This document shows, one piece after another, positions 60,867-64,000 of a DNA stretch of 64,000 nucleotides (position 1 is the first letter of the stretch; the number at the start of each line of letters is the position of its first letter). Origin of the DNA: Octopus sinensis (taxonomy: Eukaryota). Under the pieces are notes generated by a model. The model saw only the letters and a program-made list of their open reading frames with translations, was not told where the DNA came from and ran no database searches. The position numbers and the translations under genes are program-made. Where the stretch lies: positions 29,636,001-29,700,000 of the forward strand of contig NC_043012.1 of the NCBI RefSeq assembly GCF_006345805.1. The letters are read 5' to 3'.

Positions 60867-61270
60867 GGCACAGGCATGGCTGTGTAGTAAGAAGCTTGCT
60901 TCCCAACCACATGGTTCTGGGTTCAGTATCACTGTGTGACTCCTTCGACTATTACTTTGGGGTGACCAAAGCAATGTGGATGGATTTGTTAGATGGAAAC
61001 TGAATAGAAGACTATCATGTGTGTGTGTGTATAAATTCATGCATGTGTCTGTATATGTCCCCCACCATCACTTGGCAACTGGTGTAGGTGTGTTTACATC
61101 CCTGTGACTTAGTGGTTCAGCAAAAGAGACCAATCGAATAAGTCCTAGGTTCTTAATAAAAGAGCAAAATGAGTGCTGGTGCTGATTCATTCAACTAAAA
61201 ATTCTTCAACGCACTGCCCCAGCATGGCCACAGTGTAATGACTGGGATGAGTAAAAGTAACAAGTAAAAT
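60867..61270 (+). mobile_element. tRNA-derived SINE, family A
   Basis: Full head-to-tail family A match. Confidence 0.85.
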
Positions 61271-61463
61271 CAGTAACCATTTTATTATTATTATTATTAT
61301 TTGTAATTTTTTTGTACATGGTGTTTGGGGCTGGAGATGGTCTGGTGTTGATGGATCATAATGTATCAAGCATATTTACATGTGCTGTGCGGGAGGTGGA
61401 GATGATATCCAGTTAAAATACATCATTTCATTTATTATTATTATTATCATTATTATTATTATT

Positions 61464-62318
61464 CCTTCGTAACACAGTGTTGGTAAAAATGCACCGGAGT
61501 CTTTAGTCATCTGTCAAGTCACAACACGGACATCAGACAGGTACTACTTTCCTTAAGATGTGCACTGTGCCCAATAAGGCTGCTTTATGCAAGACATCAA
61601 TCTTGCATGGGATTTCCAGTTTTCTTAAAAAGTCTTGAAGTTTCAATGGGATTGAGCCCAATGCTCCAATCACCACTAGTATCGCTTTTACATTACCCTC
61701 TCGCATTCCATACAGTCTTGCCATTTCCACTTTCAATTTGGAGTACTTGGTGATATTTTCAACCTCTTTACTCACAACATTCATGTCATTTGGTATGGCT
61801 AAATCAATGATCTGACAGTATTTGTCTCTCTTATTCAATATGACAATATCCGGCCGAAGGTGTTCAATTACACGATCCGTCTGAAAATCTTAGTCCCAGA
61901 GTATCGTTACTTTTCCATCCTCCTGCATAACTTTTCTTCGTGCATGCTCATACCAGTTTTCTGTTACTTCATATTGGTATTTACGGTATAAGATCCAATG
62001 AAAATAACACACACTTTATCGTGGCGGCACTTGTATTCCTTTTGTGCAAGGCTCTCACATCCAATTACCAACTGTGTCACATTTTCCACACTCTTTCCAC
62101 AGAGTCTGCATTTCTGAGTGTCAGAGGTTTTGTAAATGTTATACTTCACTGAATTGGTAGCGAGTGCTTGGTCTTGTGCAGCAATAATCAGGCTTTCGGT
62201 GGTGCGCTTCAAATCACTTCACTCAAGCCATGCCCACGATGCTGTATTGTCCTTAACGACCTGTGTATTTCTTTCAAATTGTTCATGCATTCTCATTTCA
62301 AGAAAATCTTTTTTTCTC
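61464..62318 (-). mobile_element. R4/Dong-type non-LTR retrotransposon 3' fragment 1 (CCHC zinc knuckle plus REL endonuclease)
   Basis: SWAWL..SDLKRTTESLIIAAQDQALAT, CRLCGKSVENVTQLVIGC, RHDKV, TILWD*DFQTDRVIEHLRPDIVILNK...IIDLAIPND, VVIGALGSI, KAALLGTVHILRKV. (TAA)n on both sides. Confidence 0.9.
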
Positions 62319-62497
62319 ATTATTATTATTATCATCATCATCATTATTATCATTAGAAGTCGACTTTGCCTTTCATCCTTTCTGGGTCAGCCAATTAAGT
62401 ACCATTTGAGTGCTTGGGTCAATGTGATCGACTGTGCCCCTCCCCACAAAATCCAGGCTTTGTACCTATAGTAGAAAGGATTGTTATTATTATTATT

Positions 62498-62710
62498 AAG
62501 GCAGCAAGCTGGCAGAATCGTTAGCATGCTGGGAGGTATGCTTAGCAGTATTTCACCTGTCTTTACATTCTGGGTTCAAATTCCATCAAGGTCAACTTTA
62601 CCTTTCATCCTTTTGGGGTTGATGAAATAAGTACCAGTTGTGTACTGGGGTCAATGTAATTGACTGCCCCCTCCCCAAAAATTTCAGGCCTTGTGTCTAT
62701 AGTAGAAAGG
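62498..62710 (+). mobile_element. tRNA-derived SINE, family B (head-to-tail with neighbouring partial copies, 62355-62870)
   Basis: Family B match; copies separated by (ATT)n. Confidence 0.85.
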
Positions 62711-63235
62711 ATTATTCTTATTATTATTATTATTATCATCATCATCATCATCATCATCAAAGTAGAATTGTTGGGCAAAATGCTGAACGACCTTTCTTCT
62801 GGCTCTCTACGTTCTGAGTTCAAATGCTGCTGAGGTCAGTTTTGCCTTTCTTTCTTTTGGGAGTCAATAAAAAGATGTTGGATTGCTGAAAGGGTTGCAA
62901 GGAGATGCCTTCCAGTATCAATTCCATCTCTTTGTATTCTGGCAAATGTCTACGGTGACACTGGTGCCAAGTTGCAGCATTGGCCCAAATCAGCAGCTTT
63001 CCGCTTGGATAAATATCAATGGCTTGAGCATGGGCCGGGAAGATGACCAGGCATGGACAGCTCCCCAGTCCTGCTTGAAATATCTTGCTCAAGCCTGTAC
63101 ATACCTGTACAGGTGTATGGTCAACCATCAAGAAATGGAGCCTCCTCCTCCTCACACATCAACCAAAAGGTGGCTGCCATGAATTAAACTATCGTCATCA
63201 TCTTTTAAGAAGCTTGGTCCTAAACCACATGTCTT

Positions 63236-63691
63236 TCCTGGGTTAAAAGGGTAGCTGCTGGAAGACCCTATGTCTGGCAACAGAACTCTGCACCATACCA
63301 CACAAGCAGGAGAACCCAGTCGTGGCTGTCAGACAATTTCTGCGACCACACCACCCCTAACATGTGGCCACCCAACTCCCCAGACTGCAACCTCCTTGAT
63401 TATTATGTGTGGGGCACAGTTGAGCAAGCCACCGACAAAACTCCTTGTAACATCAAAGATGAACTGAAGGCAAAGATTATGGCAGCATTGACCAATTTAA
63501 AGAAGGAGACCATCCAGAAGAGTTGCAGGAGATTCTGAAATCATCTGGAGGTCGTGGTTATCAAATAAATTTCCTCTTTAGTATTTCAAGATATTTTTAT
63601 GTAATTTTGGTAAATATATCTGTTAAAATGAGATGTCAGTGTTATTTTCATTTTTGAGTAATTTAGATGACAATTTGTTCACCGCACCCTG
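63236..63691 (+). mobile_element. maT (DD37D-like) 3' fragment, same family as 20930-21752
   Basis: WVKRVAAGRPYVWQQNSAPYHTSRRTQSWLSDNFCDH..PNMWPPNSPDCN.LDYYVWG.VE; terminal GACAATTTGTTCACCGCACCCTG. Confidence 0.85.
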
Positions 63692-64000
63692 TGTATATAA
63701 CGGGCATGGTTCTTCGTTATTTTTTAATGTAATTCTGTAATTACAAAATCCAAACAAAAAAAATATATAATATAAACCTTAATTAGAAAAAGTGTTAAAC
63801 ATGACGCACAGACAGATTATTATAGATGCTCAGTAGTTGTAATATAAGATTCCAAGGTTATATTATACAGCCTGTAACTTGTAAGTTCTATACACTCTCT
63901 CTCAGTTGGTGGTGTAATTATGGAATAGAAATGACTAGTTAACAAGATTTCCAAAACTACAGACTTGTGGTGTGTGTGTGTGTGTATGCGTGTGGGTGTG

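Noticed and set aside
62870-63190. 99- and 111-aa ORFs, possibly RT-derived
   Set aside because: Only vague similarity to RTE RT across frameshifts; not supportable by eye.

Overview
AT-rich, microsatellite-dense eukaryotic DNA. The repeat families resemble those I recall from octopus/coleoid genomes (inference, not confirmed). The window is almost entirely intronic. It holds one well-supported + strand coding exon (33848-34049) encoding the N-terminal motif of sine oculis-binding protein (SOBP-like). Two phase-compatible upstream exon candidates (1527-1577, 14208-14300) and a possible terminal exon (50437-50492) may belong to the same gene. The introns are filled with mobile DNA. DNA transposons include a full-length dead mariner (29701-30970), two maT/DD37D-type derivatives, hAT-, piggyBac- and Tc1-like MITEs, two long fold-back elements and a composite Helitron. 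Retroelements include a young 5'-truncated CR1 LINE, several RTE fragments, three divergent R4/Dong-type fragments in (TAA)n tracts, a decayed Penelope-like element and many tRNA-derived SINEs of about four families; one SINE-like copy carries a 60-bp VNTR. The most notable unexplained signal is six type-I minimal hammerhead-ribozyme-like motifs plus one half-motif. Each sits in a different repeat context and has a different (near-)palindromic helix III, and four lie on the sense strand of the SOBP-like pre-mRNA. Almost all ORFs in the supplied track are translations of microsatellites or repeats. All alignments, counts and folds were done by eye.
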